Below are positions 18,384-27,530 of a stretch of DNA of 64,000 nt, one piece after another; positions within the stretch are counted from its first letter, which is position 1, and each line of letters begins with the position of its first letter. Below the pieces are notes generated by a model. The model made no database searches and was not told the DNA's origin. It saw only the letters and a list, made by a program, of their open reading frames with translations. The stretch lies in the NCBI GenBank assembly GCA_030059665.1, contig JANVYR010000001.1, positions 128,001 to 192,000 of the forward strand, read 5' to 3'. Both the position numbers and the translations under genes were made by a program. The stretch is from Candidatus Calditenuis fumarioli (GTDB taxonomy: Archaea; Thermoproteota; Nitrososphaeria_A; Caldarchaeales; Calditenuaceae).

Positions 18384-18983
18384 TCAGATGTTCCTGCTCG
18401 CCTCTGAGGTGGCTGACCTCAGCGCCTCCGGCACGTCGGGGAAGGCGGTCTTCATCCTCTGGGCTGCGATCTCCGCGGCCTCCTGGAGGATCTTCTGGGC
18501 CTCCGGGTCCGAGACGGTCACCGTCGTGGTGGTGCCGGTCACGCTTCCCACCTCGGCGATCAGGTTCTCGAGGACCTCGTCGACGTACTTCAGGTTCTGG
18601 GCCACCTCCGGGACCACGCCGGAGAGGTCGGACTGGACCTGCCGGATGATCGCGGCCGCCGGGCCGAGGACGTGCATCACGTCGCCGAACTCCTTGACGG
18701 TCTCCAGCCTCAGGATCACCTTCTCCAGCGACAGCTGGCTCCGCATCACAACCCTCGTCATCTTCCTCAGCTGCGCTATCTCGTTGGCGTAGACCGTCGC
18801 CCTGCTGACGTCGCCCTCCTGCTGGGCCCTGACGCACTGCTCGAAGAGCTCCTTACCCCGTGCGGAGAGCCTGGCCGCGGTCCGGTTCAGCTTGTCGGCC
18901 TGAAGCCGGAGCGTCATCATCACCTCTGTGAACCTGGCGTCGTTGGGTCCGATCAGCTCCTGCCTGCCGAACGGAAGTCTCAT
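18384..18983 (-). CDS. ESCRT-III / CdvB (Snf7 family) paralog
   Basis: Helical hairpin with RATVYANEIAQLRK, LEKVILRLETV..FGD, AQKILQEA. Confidence 0.88.
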   Translation of the reverse strand: MRLPFGRQELIGPNDARFTEVMMTLRLQADKLNRTAARLSARGKELFEQCVRAQQEGDVSRATVYANEIAQLRKMTRVVMRSQLSLEKVILRLETVKEFGDVMHVLGPAAAIIRQVQSDLSGVVPEVAQNLKYVDEVLENLIAEVGSVTGTTTTVTVSDPEAQKILQEAAEIAAQRMKTAFPDVPEALRSATSEASRNI

Positions 18984-19069
18984 CTCGGCAGGTTAGGGAC
19001 CGCTGTGCGAATTTAGCTGCTCGCGCCCTTTCGGAGCCGATACATTCGCCGTGAATACTCCGATAATCC

Positions 19070-19825
19070 TCAGGACCTCTCCGGAGGGCTCCTGGTTGAG
19101 AGCTCGTCCGCGAGGTGCGCTGCGAGGACCGGTAGGTGTTCCGGAGCCAGCTCCCTCACCCTCAGGCCCTCGAGCTCCGGGGGGCATGATAGGCCCAGCT
19201 CCTTGAGAGCCCTCGCGAGTTTCTTCCTCCTGAGCGTGAACAGTCTCCGCAGGACGTCAACGAGCGACTCAGGCGGGGTCATCGGGTCCTCCCTCCTCCT
19301 GAGCACCACCACCCTCGAGGTCACCTTGGGCCTCGGCGAGAAGGCGGACCTTCCCACCTTGAACTGGGGCTCGACGCGGTAACAGGACCTGATGAGTAGG
19401 CTCGTGAGCACGTACCTGTCTTCTCCTGGCTCGGCTGTCAGCTTCTCCGCGAACTCCTCCTGGAGCAGGAGGACCGCCAGCTCGGGCCTCGCCCTGAGGG
19501 AGAGCCACCTGAGGAGACGGGTCGAGATGTAGTACGGCGGGGAGGAGACGACCTTGTTGAAAGGTGGCAGATCCAAGCTCAACGCGTCGCCGTTCAAGAC
19601 CGTCACGTTGGGATACTCCCTGAGGGCCTCCCGCGCTCTCCTCGCGAGGAACGGATCCAGCTCGACCGTCACCACCCTGCAGCCTGTCGAGGCGATGAAC
19701 CTTGTCAGGAAGCCGTCGCCGGTGCCGACCTCGAGGACCACGTCATTACCTCCCAGCTCCGCAAGCTCGACCATCATCTCGGCGACGCGCTCGTCCCTCA
19801 GGAAGTGCTGCCCGAGCCGGGCCAT
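19070..19825 (-). CDS. ksgA: 16S rRNA adenine dimethyltransferase KsgA/Dim1
   Basis: LGQHFL, VLEVGTGDG, VVSSPPYYIS, AFSPRPKVTS. Confidence 0.95.
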   Translation of the reverse strand: MARLGQHFLRDERVAEMMVELAELGGNDVVLEVGTGDGFLTRFIASTGCRVVTVELDPFLARRAREALREYPNVTVLNGDALSLDLPPFNKVVSSPPYYISTRLLRWLSLRARPELAVLLLQEEFAEKLTAEPGEDRYVLTSLLIRSCYRVEPQFKVGRSAFSPRPKVTSRVVVLRRREDPMTPPESLVDVLRRLFTLRRKKLARALKELGLSCPPELEGLRVRELAPEHLPVLAAHLADELSTRSPPERS

Positions 19826-19917
19826 CGGCCCGATAGCTGATCGGGATCGCCGCGTGAAAGGTCTTTGCAGGGGTTCGACGGTAGGCGTTATCAGGGGCGT
19901 CGGGTCCGTTAGTCCGC

Positions 19918-21246
19918 ATGACCTTCGCCGTTCCCGGAAGGGTCCTGGGGATATCCGGAAGGACCCTCTTCTGCCTCCACGGATATGCGCCGCACTACGC
20001 AGAGGACGTCATCGACCCAGTATCGGGCGAGAGGGTGCTGGTGATGGCCGATCCGCACATCAGGAGGTCCGCGTACGTCTATTCGCTCGAGACCGGCAGG
20101 TTCCTGTGGGAGTTCAGGGTTCCAGGAGGGGCCATCAGCTCCAACCCCCACATAGCCCGTATGGTCACGGAGGAGGTGCGATCAATAGGTGCGGAGCCAG
20201 GTGACGTTATCTGCGCCGACCTGGACAACAACTTCCTGCTCGTCGATCGTAAGACGAGGCGCGTCAAGTGGAGCTACAGGCCCCCCGACGCGAGGTGGTC
20301 CCACGACTGCATCCCCCTCGAGGGCGGGGACCTCGTGATCACCGACTACGCATCCGGTTTCGTCAGGAGGATAGGGCCCGACGGAACTTTGCGGTGGAAC
20401 CTTCAGCTGGGACCTGGGGTAGCCAAGCTTTCAAAGGTCGAGGGGAAGACTCCGAGCGGAATCCACCGGAACGACTTCGGCGGCGACCTCCTCGTGGCAG
20501 TCAACAGGAGCACCTATGGCGTCTACGAGGTCGACTCCGGGAGCGGTCGCATCACGTGGAGGTGTCCGCCGGAAAGGGATGAACGTGGACTGAAGAACGC
20601 CTTCTGGACGCTGAAGCCCCACTCGGCGTTGAGGATGGGCCTCGCGGAGCTCGACGGCAACCTGACCGTCATCGGCCTCGAGGCGGGCGGAGGGGTGGTC
20701 GCGGTGGACAGGGACTGCAGGCCGAGGTGGGGGTGGATGAAGCCGCTCTCGGCGATTACGGACCCGTTGCGTGGTAGGTGGGAGATCTACAGACCGACCG
20801 CGCTGGGCCTCTTCGAGACGACCCACGTCTTCGCAACGCTCGACGGCAAGATCGGTTTGATCGACTGGGGATCGAGGTACGCGTCGAGGGTCCTGGAGCT
20901 GGACAGCATACCCACCTCGAACCTCTACTGGCTTCTGGCCTACAGGAGGATGGCGCTCGAGGAGCCGGAGTTCCTGGATCCGCCCGTGGAGACGGCGGAG
21001 TGGAGGGCGGTCCGGTTCACCGCGTTCAACCACGGAGGTTCCACCCTCGTCCTCGAGTTCCTCGTCACGCCAAGCCCCTACGTCGACTGCACCGACGGAT
21101 CGATGTGGAGGAAGTTCCTGGAGCTCAGGGTAGACCCGGGAGGTTCGGAGGAGGTGGAGCTCTCTGGGCACGCGGCCTGCAGGGTCTCCGCCAGATCCGC
21201 CGGAGGGGAGACGGAGTACTCGGTTTTCGTGACGATGATGGTTTAG
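19918..21246 (+). CDS. Cytoplasmic beta-propeller protein (ASST/PQQ-like repeats) with extra C-terminal beta domain
   Basis: Repeated blade motifs ETGRFLWEF, TRRVKWSY, DGTLRWNL, SGRITWRC, DCRPRWGW; no signal peptide. Confidence 0.75.
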   Translation: MTFAVPGRVLGISGRTLFCLHGYAPHYAEDVIDPVSGERVLVMADPHIRRSAYVYSLETGRFLWEFRVPGGAISSNPHIARMVTEEVRSIGAEPGDVICADLDNNFLLVDRKTRRVKWSYRPPDARWSHDCIPLEGGDLVITDYASGFVRRIGPDGTLRWNLQLGPGVAKLSKVEGKTPSGIHRNDFGGDLLVAVNRSTYGVYEVDSGSGRITWRCPPERDERGLKNAFWTLKPHSALRMGLAELDGNLTVIGLEAGGGVVAVDRDCRPRWGWMKPLSAITDPLRGRWEIYRPTALGLFETTHVFATLDGKIGLIDWGSRYASRVLELDSIPTSNLYWLLAYRRMALEEPEFLDPPVETAEWRAVRFTAFNHGGSTLVLEFLVTPSPYVDCTDGSMWRKFLELRVDPGGSEEVELSGHAACRVSARSAGGETEYSVFVTMMV

Positions 21247-22166
21247 CCCCGACGCAGCGTTCTGGAGCGGGCCGAGAAGACCAGAAGCAGCGCCAGACCG
21301 TAGACGGCTACTGAGGCCGCACCCACTGCCCTCGTCAGCTCCTTCAGCGCCAGCAACACCACTCCCCCAAGCAGAGCACCCAGCGGGCTTCCGAGGCCGC
21401 CCATCGCCGCGATCAGGTACGCCGGTATGTCGGACTCCGCGAGCGTGAAGGTGGAGGGCGAGATGTACCCGGTGGAGAAGGCGTAGAGGAGGCCCGAGGA
21501 GGCCGCGAGAAACGAAGCTGCTGCAGCGGCCAGCTCCTTGTACCTCGCCGGCGATATGGCGTTGGCTTTGAGCAGGTCCGGGTCCTGGCCGGCGGCCGTA
21601 AGCAGCAACCAGAAACGCCCTCCCCTCACGCGGTGCAGCAGCAGGGACGCGGAGGCCGTCAGCACCAGGCCCAGAACGGCGTAGGTCCTCAGCGAGGCGA
21701 TCGGGCTCAGGCCCGCTGACTGGAGCGGGTCGTCGACGGGCAGTCCGACCTCTCCGAAGGTCACCGATCTGTTTCCCAGGATCACCGCCTCGAAGGCCAG
21801 CGAGGCCAGGATCGTGAGGATCCCCACCCGTATTCCCCTCAGGTCCCAGGACGACGCGAGCCGGATCAGAGCCACGCCGAGGCCAGTTCCCGAGAGGAGG
21901 CCGAGCGGCACGGCGACCGATGGGCTCAGGCCAGCGTGGACCTGGGTCAGGGCTGCGACGTAGGCCGACGTTCCGGCTATGGCTCCGAAGCAGATCACCA
22001 CCTGGTTTCCGACGCCGAAGAGGAGCGTCACCGCTAGGCCGAGCGAGGTGTGGAAGGCGTAGACCGTGTAGAGCCTTAGCAGGTAGACGCTGTCGGTCAG
22101 CACCGCTGCGGCTCCGAGGGCCGAGGAGCACGCCAGCACGAGCGCCTGAAGGCTCTGGGACCTCAA
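21243..22166 (-). CDS. livM: Branched-chain amino acid ABC transporter permease (LivM-like)
   Basis: Multi-TM, GVGNQVVICFGA, GGLGSPLGALLG. Confidence 0.85.
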   Translation of the reverse strand: MRSQSLQALVLACSSALGAAAVLTDSVYLLRLYTVYAFHTSLGLAVTLLFGVGNQVVICFGAIAGTSAYVAALTQVHAGLSPSVAVPLGLLSGTGLGVALIRLASSWDLRGIRVGILTILASLAFEAVILGNRSVTFGEVGLPVDDPLQSAGLSPIASLRTYAVLGLVLTASASLLLHRVRGGRFWLLLTAAGQDPDLLKANAISPARYKELAAAAASFLAASSGLLYAFSTGYISPSTFTLAESDIPAYLIAAMGGLGSPLGALLGGVVLLALKELTRAVGAASVAVYGLALLLVFSARSRTLRRG

Positions 22167-23002
22167 TCCCCAGCACCGACCGCCCTCAGCAGGAGAGCCG
22201 CAGCCAGGAGGATCGCCAGGTAGGTCAGGTACGTGCCCATCAGGTACGCGAGGAGCGAGTTGACGAGGCCGATCGCGATCCCCGCGAGGACCGTGCCCGC
22301 AACATTCCTCATGCCGCCGGCGACCGAGACCACCAGCGAGAGAACGGTCAGCTCCATTCCCCGAGACGGCTCAACCGGGACCGTGAGGCCCCTGATCAGG
22401 CCAGAGAGGCCGGCGAAGAGCGAGGCCATCAGCACCGTGAGCAGGGCGATCCTTCCGACGTCAACCCCGAGCGACTCCGCGAGCTCCCTGTTCTGGAACG
22501 ATGCCCTCACGGACCTCCCGAACTTGGTCGCAGTGAGCAGCAGGTGAAGCGCCGCTATGGTAACCGCTGAGAGCGCGAGGGCCAGAAGGGACGAGAACCT
22601 GACCACGAGGCCCACGATCTCCACCTGGAGAGGGCCCACGACCAACGAGTAGTGCGCTGTCGGGAAGAGGTATACCAGGGAGCCGTGGATCGTGAGCGCG
22701 AGGCCCAGCGTCATCACGAGCCCCAGCACTCCCCTCATCCTCTCGCCAACACCGGAGACGTAGGATGAGACGGCCCAGACCGCGAGGCCCACCAGGAGCG
22801 ACGAGCAGAGCCCCAGGATGAGCGCGACGGGAAGCGGTGCGCCGAGGGAGAGGAGGACCGCAGCGGTCACGGTCGCTACCACGACCGATTCGCCGTGTGC
22901 CAGGTTCAGGACGCCTGCGATCCCGTGGACGACGGTCATTCCCACCGCGATGAGCGCGAGCTGGAGGCCGTTCGAGAGGCCGTCGATCAGGAGGTCCAGC
23001 AT
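22163..23002 (-). CDS. livH: Branched-chain amino acid ABC transporter permease (LivH-like)
   Basis: GLSNGLQLALIAVG, GVLNLAHGE, TKFGRSVRA. Confidence 0.9.
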   Translation of the reverse strand: MLDLLIDGLSNGLQLALIAVGMTVVHGIAGVLNLAHGESVVVATVTAAVLLSLGAPLPVALILGLCSSLLVGLAVWAVSSYVSGVGERMRGVLGLVMTLGLALTIHGSLVYLFPTAHYSLVVGPLQVEIVGLVVRFSSLLALALSAVTIAALHLLLTATKFGRSVRASFQNRELAESLGVDVGRIALLTVLMASLFAGLSGLIRGLTVPVEPSRGMELTVLSLVVSVAGGMRNVAGTVLAGIAIGLVNSLLAYLMGTYLTYLAILLAAALLLRAVGAGD

Positions 23003-23004
23003 GC

Positions 23005-23718
23005 TCAGCCCCAGAGAAGGCTCCTGATGAGCGCAGAGACAGCGACCGGGTCGGAGACCTCTCGCTCCGCCAGGACCTCTCCGGAACGCATCACGAGGAT
23101 CCGACGGGAGAGCTTCAGCGCGACCTCCAGGTTCTGCTCCGCCAGCAGGACCGATAGGCCCGACCCCTCAAGGGAACGCATTGATCCGAGGACCGCGGCC
23201 ACCGCTCTCGGTGAGAGGCCGGAGCTGGGCTCGTCCACCAGCAGCAGCCTGGGGGAGGACATCAGGGCCATCGCGATCGCGAGCATCCTCCTCTCGCCGC
23301 CGCTGAGGTTGCCTGCCTTGACGCGGAGCCGCTGCCTCATCCACGGGAAGACCTCGAGGACCCTCTCCAATGCCTCACCGAAGCTCTCCTTCCTGGGGCC
23401 AGCCTCCCACGAGACTAGCAGGTTCTCCCGCAGGGTCATGAGCGGAAAGACCTCCCTCTCGGATGGCACCAGCCTGATCCCGAGCCTTGCCCTTTCGTTC
23501 GCGGGCAGAGCCGTGACGTCCGAGCCGTTGAAGATCACCCTGCCGCCATCGGGCCTCAGGAGGCCCATGATCGCCATGAGCAGGGTCGACTTTCCGGAAC
23601 CGTTGGGACCCACGATGGATACCACCTCGCCCTCGCGGACCGAGAGGCTGACTCCCCTCACCGCTCTCGATCCGTTGAGCGTCACCGTCAGGCCCTCCAC
23701 CCTTAGTAGCGCGCTCAC
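23005..23718 (-). CDS. livF: ABC transporter ATP-binding protein (LivF-like)
   Basis: GPNGSGKS, LSGGERRML, LLVDEPSSGL, AEQN. Confidence 0.92.
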   Translation of the reverse strand: MSALLRVEGLTVTLNGSRAVRGVSLSVREGEVVSIVGPNGSGKSTLLMAIMGLLRPDGGRVIFNGSDVTALPANERARLGIRLVPSEREVFPLMTLRENLLVSWEAGPRKESFGEALERVLEVFPWMRQRLRVKAGNLSGGERRMLAIAMALMSSPRLLLVDEPSSGLSPRAVAAVLGSMRSLEGSGLSVLLAEQNLEVALKLSRRILVMRSGEVLAEREVSDPVAVSALIRSLLWG

Positions 23719-24425
23719 GTCCCGAAGTAGACCTCCAGGACCTCCCTCCTGACGGCGACCTCTTCAGGCCTCCCCTCCGCCAGCAGGGACCCCTCGTGGA
23801 GCACCAGCACCCTATCGGCCGCCCTCATCAGGCCTGAGATGACGTGCTCGACCCAGATCGCCGCGAAGCCCAGCTCCCTCTTCAGCTCCAGCAGGGCGTC
23901 CACCGCAATGGCAGCCTCACGCTCGGTGAGCCCGCTCAGGTACTCGTCGATCAGTATCGCCTTCGGGCGTGCGATCACGGCCCTCGCCAGCTCGGCCCTC
24001 CTCCGGTCCGCCATCGGAACCCTCGACGGCCTCTCGCCCGGTCTGCTGACCCCGAGCCTCTCAAGGAGCTCTTCGGCCACTCTCCTCGCCTCATCGGGTT
24101 CGAATTCTTCCAGCAGAGGTAGGGCGACGTTGTCCAGCAGCGAAAGGTCCTCTATCAGCCTGGGAACCTGGAAGGTCCTCCGAACGCCGAGCCTCGCAAC
24201 GGCCTCAGGCCCCTTCCCGGTCACGTCCACACCTCCCACCAGGACCCTCCCTCCGTCGGGTCTGAGGAAACCGCTAACGACGTTGAGGAGCGTGGACTTG
24301 CCTGAGCCGTTCGGACCAATCACGCCGAGCACCTCGCCCTCCCTCAGCTCCAGCGAGACCTCTCGGAGCGCCCAGGTCGACCCGAACCTCCTCGAGACCC
24401 CATCGCACCTGATCAGCGCGCTCAT
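23715..24425 (-). CDS. livG: ABC transporter ATP-binding protein (LivG-like)
   Basis: GPNGSGKS, RRTFQ, ILIDE, WVEH, VLEVYFG. Confidence 0.9.
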   Translation of the reverse strand: MSALIRCDGVSRRFGSTWALREVSLELREGEVLGVIGPNGSGKSTLLNVVSGFLRPDGGRVLVGGVDVTGKGPEAVARLGVRRTFQVPRLIEDLSLLDNVALPLLEEFEPDEARRVAEELLERLGVSRPGERPSRVPMADRRRAELARAVIARPKAILIDEYLSGLTEREAAIAVDALLELKRELGFAAIWVEHVISGLMRAADRVLVLHEGSLLAEGRPEEVAVRREVLEVYFGT

Positions 24426-25636
24426 TCCTTAGGGACGTACGGCTTTACCGGTTCGGAGGTGATGAAGAAAATCCTGAGGTGCCATCCGGATCCGGGGTTC
24501 ACCCTTCCCGGCGGGTCGCCGCGCTCGATCACCGCGAAGCTCATCCTCGCCTCCTTCAGCTCCCCCCATTCGGTGTAGGAGAGGGGCCACAGGTAGAGCG
24601 GTGATACATACCTGCCGCTCCTGATGTGGTCCGCTATCACGCTGGGATCCGTGCTCCCGGTCTTCTCGATGGCGTCCGCGATCATCATCACCGTGACGTA
24701 TCCGGTCACCGCGAACTGCTCCATCAGCGTCCCGAACCTCTCCCTGAACCTCTCCGCAAGGGCCACGTACTCAGGGCTCTCGTAGTTCGCGCAGTTGGTC
24801 AGCAGCACCCTCCCGAAGGCCAGCTCGCCTAGGGCGTTCACCAGAGGCGTCGCTGGAGGTACCGAGCCGGTTATCCACTTCACGTCCAGTCCGAGCTCGA
24901 GCGACTGCCTGACGATGGCCGAGAGCCCCGGCGGATGACCCGTTGCGATGATCAGCTCCGGGTTCAGGTCCCTCAGCCTCCGCAGGTACGGCGTGAAGTC
25001 GCTCTCGGTCAGGGGAGCCACCTCGGTCCTGAGCTGGATTCCGGTGCGTGCGGCGACGCGCTCAACCGCCTCTCTTATCGAATGACCCCACTCGTAATCG
25101 GCTATGACGTTTCCGACCCGCGTGACCTTCATGGCCCTGATGAACTCCTCGAAGAGCTGCTCGTGCATCGAGGCCGACGGGAGGCAAGTCCTGAAGGTGT
25201 ACCTGCTCGACCTCGTCAGAACCCTGTCGGATCCAGCTGCCAGCAGGAAGAGCGGAACGCGGTACCTCTCGGCCTCTTTCGAGAGCGCCAGACCTATGTC
25301 GCTCGAGACGGGCCCAGCCACCGCCACGACCCTCTGGACCTCGACGAGCTCCCTGAAGGCAGATACGGCCTCCGACGGGCTGTTCCTGTCGTCCCTCACG
25401 ACCAGCTCCAACCTCCTGCCGAGGACGCCGCCGCGGTCGTTGACCTCCTCGACCGCAAGGAGCATCCCGTCCCTGTGGTTGACGCCCCAGGCCGCGAAGG
25501 GGCCGCTCAGGGGACCGAGGAACCCTATCCTGATGGGCTCCTGTGCGGAGGGTCTGAGGGTGAGGAGGACCGCTATCCCAGCGGCCGCAGCTGCGAGCAC
25601 GAGAGCCGCGACGAGCAGCAGCGCAGCGCGCCTCAC
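24422..25636 (-). CDS. livK: ABC transporter substrate-binding protein (LivK/Peripla_BP_6 class)
   Basis: N-terminal TM anchor, IRIGFLGPLSG, VNDRGGVLGRRLELVVRDD, GPVSS. Confidence 0.92.
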   Translation of the reverse strand: MRRAALLLVAALVLAAAAAGIAVLLTLRPSAQEPIRIGFLGPLSGPFAAWGVNHRDGMLLAVEEVNDRGGVLGRRLELVVRDDRNSPSEAVSAFRELVEVQRVVAVAGPVSSDIGLALSKEAERYRVPLFLLAAGSDRVLTRSSRYTFRTCLPSASMHEQLFEEFIRAMKVTRVGNVIADYEWGHSIREAVERVAARTGIQLRTEVAPLTESDFTPYLRRLRDLNPELIIATGHPPGLSAIVRQSLELGLDVKWITGSVPPATPLVNALGELAFGRVLLTNCANYESPEYVALAERFRERFGTLMEQFAVTGYVTVMMIADAIEKTGSTDPSVIADHIRSGRYVSPLYLWPLSYTEWGELKEARMSFAVIERGDPPGRVNPGSGWHLRIFFITSEPVKPYVPKE

Positions 25637-25678
25637 GCGTCTCCCTTCCTTCCGCCCTCACCTATACCTTGAATTCGG

Positions 25679-25720
25679 TGCAAAGTTCGCGGTGGGAAGC
25701 AGGACGCTCCGCGATTTGCA
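25679..25720. repeat. Imperfect inverted repeat between the NADK-wHTH stop and the livK promoter
   Basis: TGCAAA(GT)TCGCGG ... CCGCGATTTGCA, 12-bp stem with a 2-nt bulge. Confidence 0.55.
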
Positions 25721-25729
25721 GACGACACC

Positions 25730-26740
25730 TCACCTCCTGAGCTGGTAAAGCTTCCTCCTGAAGTCGTCGGGGTCGTTGGTTCGCCTGACGACTCCCCTGG
25801 CGACCAGCACGCTGAGACAGTACCTCAGGGTCCTCTCGGGGAGACCGGTCTCGGCCAGCAGCTCCTCGAAGGTCATGGTCCCCCGGTACTCGAGGACCTT
25901 CCTGACGAGCCTCGCCGACGGCGGCAGGGGCAGGTTCTCCTCCGCCAACAGCACCTTCCTCTCCATCTTCCCCGCGATCGCAGGCCTTCCGGGGAACCTG
26001 ATCAGCCTCAGCGGCCTCTCGGAACGCGTGAAGACCACCTCCGAGCCGACGGGTCTCCTGATCAGGCCGTCGACGACGAGCTCGACACCGCCCTCCGCCT
26101 CTATCTCCGAGACCCTGACCTCGCTTCCTGCGGAGACGACAAGGGGCCTCCTCGTGAGGTCGACCGAGTTGATCGGAACCACCTGGAAGACCTGCGCGTC
26201 GTGGTGGATCAGCACGCCACCGGCAGAGAGGGCGTAGGCGCTCGATCCAATGGGCGTCGAGACCAGAACGCCGTCGGCCCTGTCACCCCAGACGGGTTCG
26301 CCGTCCAGGAAGAGCATGTATCCCATCAGCGTCGCCGTCCTCTTAGGGAAGACCGCGCCCTCGTTGACCGCGACGAACGAGTCGCCCTCGTCGACGGTGC
26401 ACCTCAGCAGGGGGACCTGCTCGACCCTGAAGTTCCCCTCAACCAGGTGAGCTGCGGCCTCGGCGAGGTCCTCCAGCTCGACGGAGGTCAGGAACGACCT
26501 GGTGGGCTCGAGCCCGACGATCAGCAGGCTCGCCTCCGGCAGCGGTCCCGAGTGGAGGAACCTCAGAACGTCCCTGTCGTCGCCGACCACCACGAGCACC
26601 TCGCCCTCGAGCTCTGAGGCGCGCTGCGGTTGCACCGCTGAGGCCCTCACCCCTGCCCTCTCCAGGACCCTGCAGACCTCCCTCACCAGGTCCGAGACGC
26701 CAAGCCCCGTTACCGTCACCGAGGTCACAACGTCCCCCAT
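25730..26740 (-). CDS. NAD kinase-family protein fused to a C-terminal winged HTH
   Basis: AVNEG and ADGVLVSTPIGSSAYALSAGG NADK motifs; GGDG motif reads GDDR; C-terminal LPPSARLV..VL...TFEELLAETGLPERTLRYCLSVLVARGVV wHTH. Confidence 0.88.
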   Translation of the reverse strand: MGDVVTSVTVTGLGVSDLVREVCRVLERAGVRASAVQPQRASELEGEVLVVVGDDRDVLRFLHSGPLPEASLLIVGLEPTRSFLTSVELEDLAEAAAHLVEGNFRVEQVPLLRCTVDEGDSFVAVNEGAVFPKRTATLMGYMLFLDGEPVWGDRADGVLVSTPIGSSAYALSAGGVLIHHDAQVFQVVPINSVDLTRRPLVVSAGSEVRVSEIEAEGGVELVVDGLIRRPVGSEVVFTRSERPLRLIRFPGRPAIAGKMERKVLLAEENLPLPPSARLVRKVLEYRGTMTFEELLAETGLPERTLRYCLSVLVARGVVRRTNDPDDFRRKLYQLRR

Positions 26741-26876
26741 GACGTCCCCTGCGCTGACTGGCCGGCTGCGGCGATATCTCCCTTCCAGCCAGGTGTTGGC
26801 GGCCTTCGGGGAGGCTCGTGCGTTTCGATGCCGCTCGAGGCGGGCGCAAAGGACCAGTCATCCCTAAAGTACCGGC

Positions 26877-27530
26877 TTGAGAGGCGATGTGGGGTTGGAT
26901 CTGGCTGGGGCGCTGAGGGCGATCGCCGAGAGCTACGGTTACGGCGGCGTCTTCCTCGTCTCGCTGGTGGGGAGCCTCGTCCCCTTCCTGCCGGTGCCAT
27001 ACCTGTTCGTGGTGGTCCTGCTCAGCAAGACGCTCGACCCGCTGCTGCTGGGGTTAGTCTCAGGCGCAGGCGGGGCCCTGGGGAAGCTGACCTCGTACGC
27101 CTTGGGCAGAACCGGGTACAGGCTGCTGGCCGAGCCGAAGAGGAGGCAGATGGACGCCCTCAGGGAGCTGCTGGGGAGGTACGGAGACTTGGCGGTCTTC
27201 CTCTTCGCGCTCACCCCTCTGCCCGATGACGTCTACTACATTCCCGCAGGGATGATCAAGATGCCCCTCTGGAGGTTCATGCTGGCCAACACCGCTGGGA
27301 AGGTGGTGCTCGCGGTCTTCGTGGCCTACACGGGCGGGATCTACCTGGACGTTCTGGAGACGGCGCTGGGCAACACGCTCGGCGTCCTCGTCGGCATCGC
27401 AGCCCTCTCGGTCATCACCGTTCTGGTCCTGCGCACCGACTGGGAGAAGGTGCTGATTCACCTCAGGTCCGGCGGCGTGCGGGAAGTGGTGAGGAACCTC
27501 GACGAGATCCTGGGGTTGAGGAGGAGGTGA
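26877..27530 (+). CDS. VTT/DedA (SNARE-associated) membrane protein
   Basis: FLPVPY, SYALGR, LFALTPLPDD, G..KMPLWRF..AN..GK. Confidence 0.88.
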   Translation: MRGDVGLDLAGALRAIAESYGYGGVFLVSLVGSLVPFLPVPYLFVVVLLSKTLDPLLLGLVSGAGGALGKLTSYALGRTGYRLLAEPKRRQMDALRELLGRYGDLAVFLFALTPLPDDVYYIPAGMIKMPLWRFMLANTAGKVVLAVFVAYTGGIYLDVLETALGNTLGVLVGIAALSVITVLVLRTDWEKVLIHLRSGGVREVVRNLDEILGLRRR

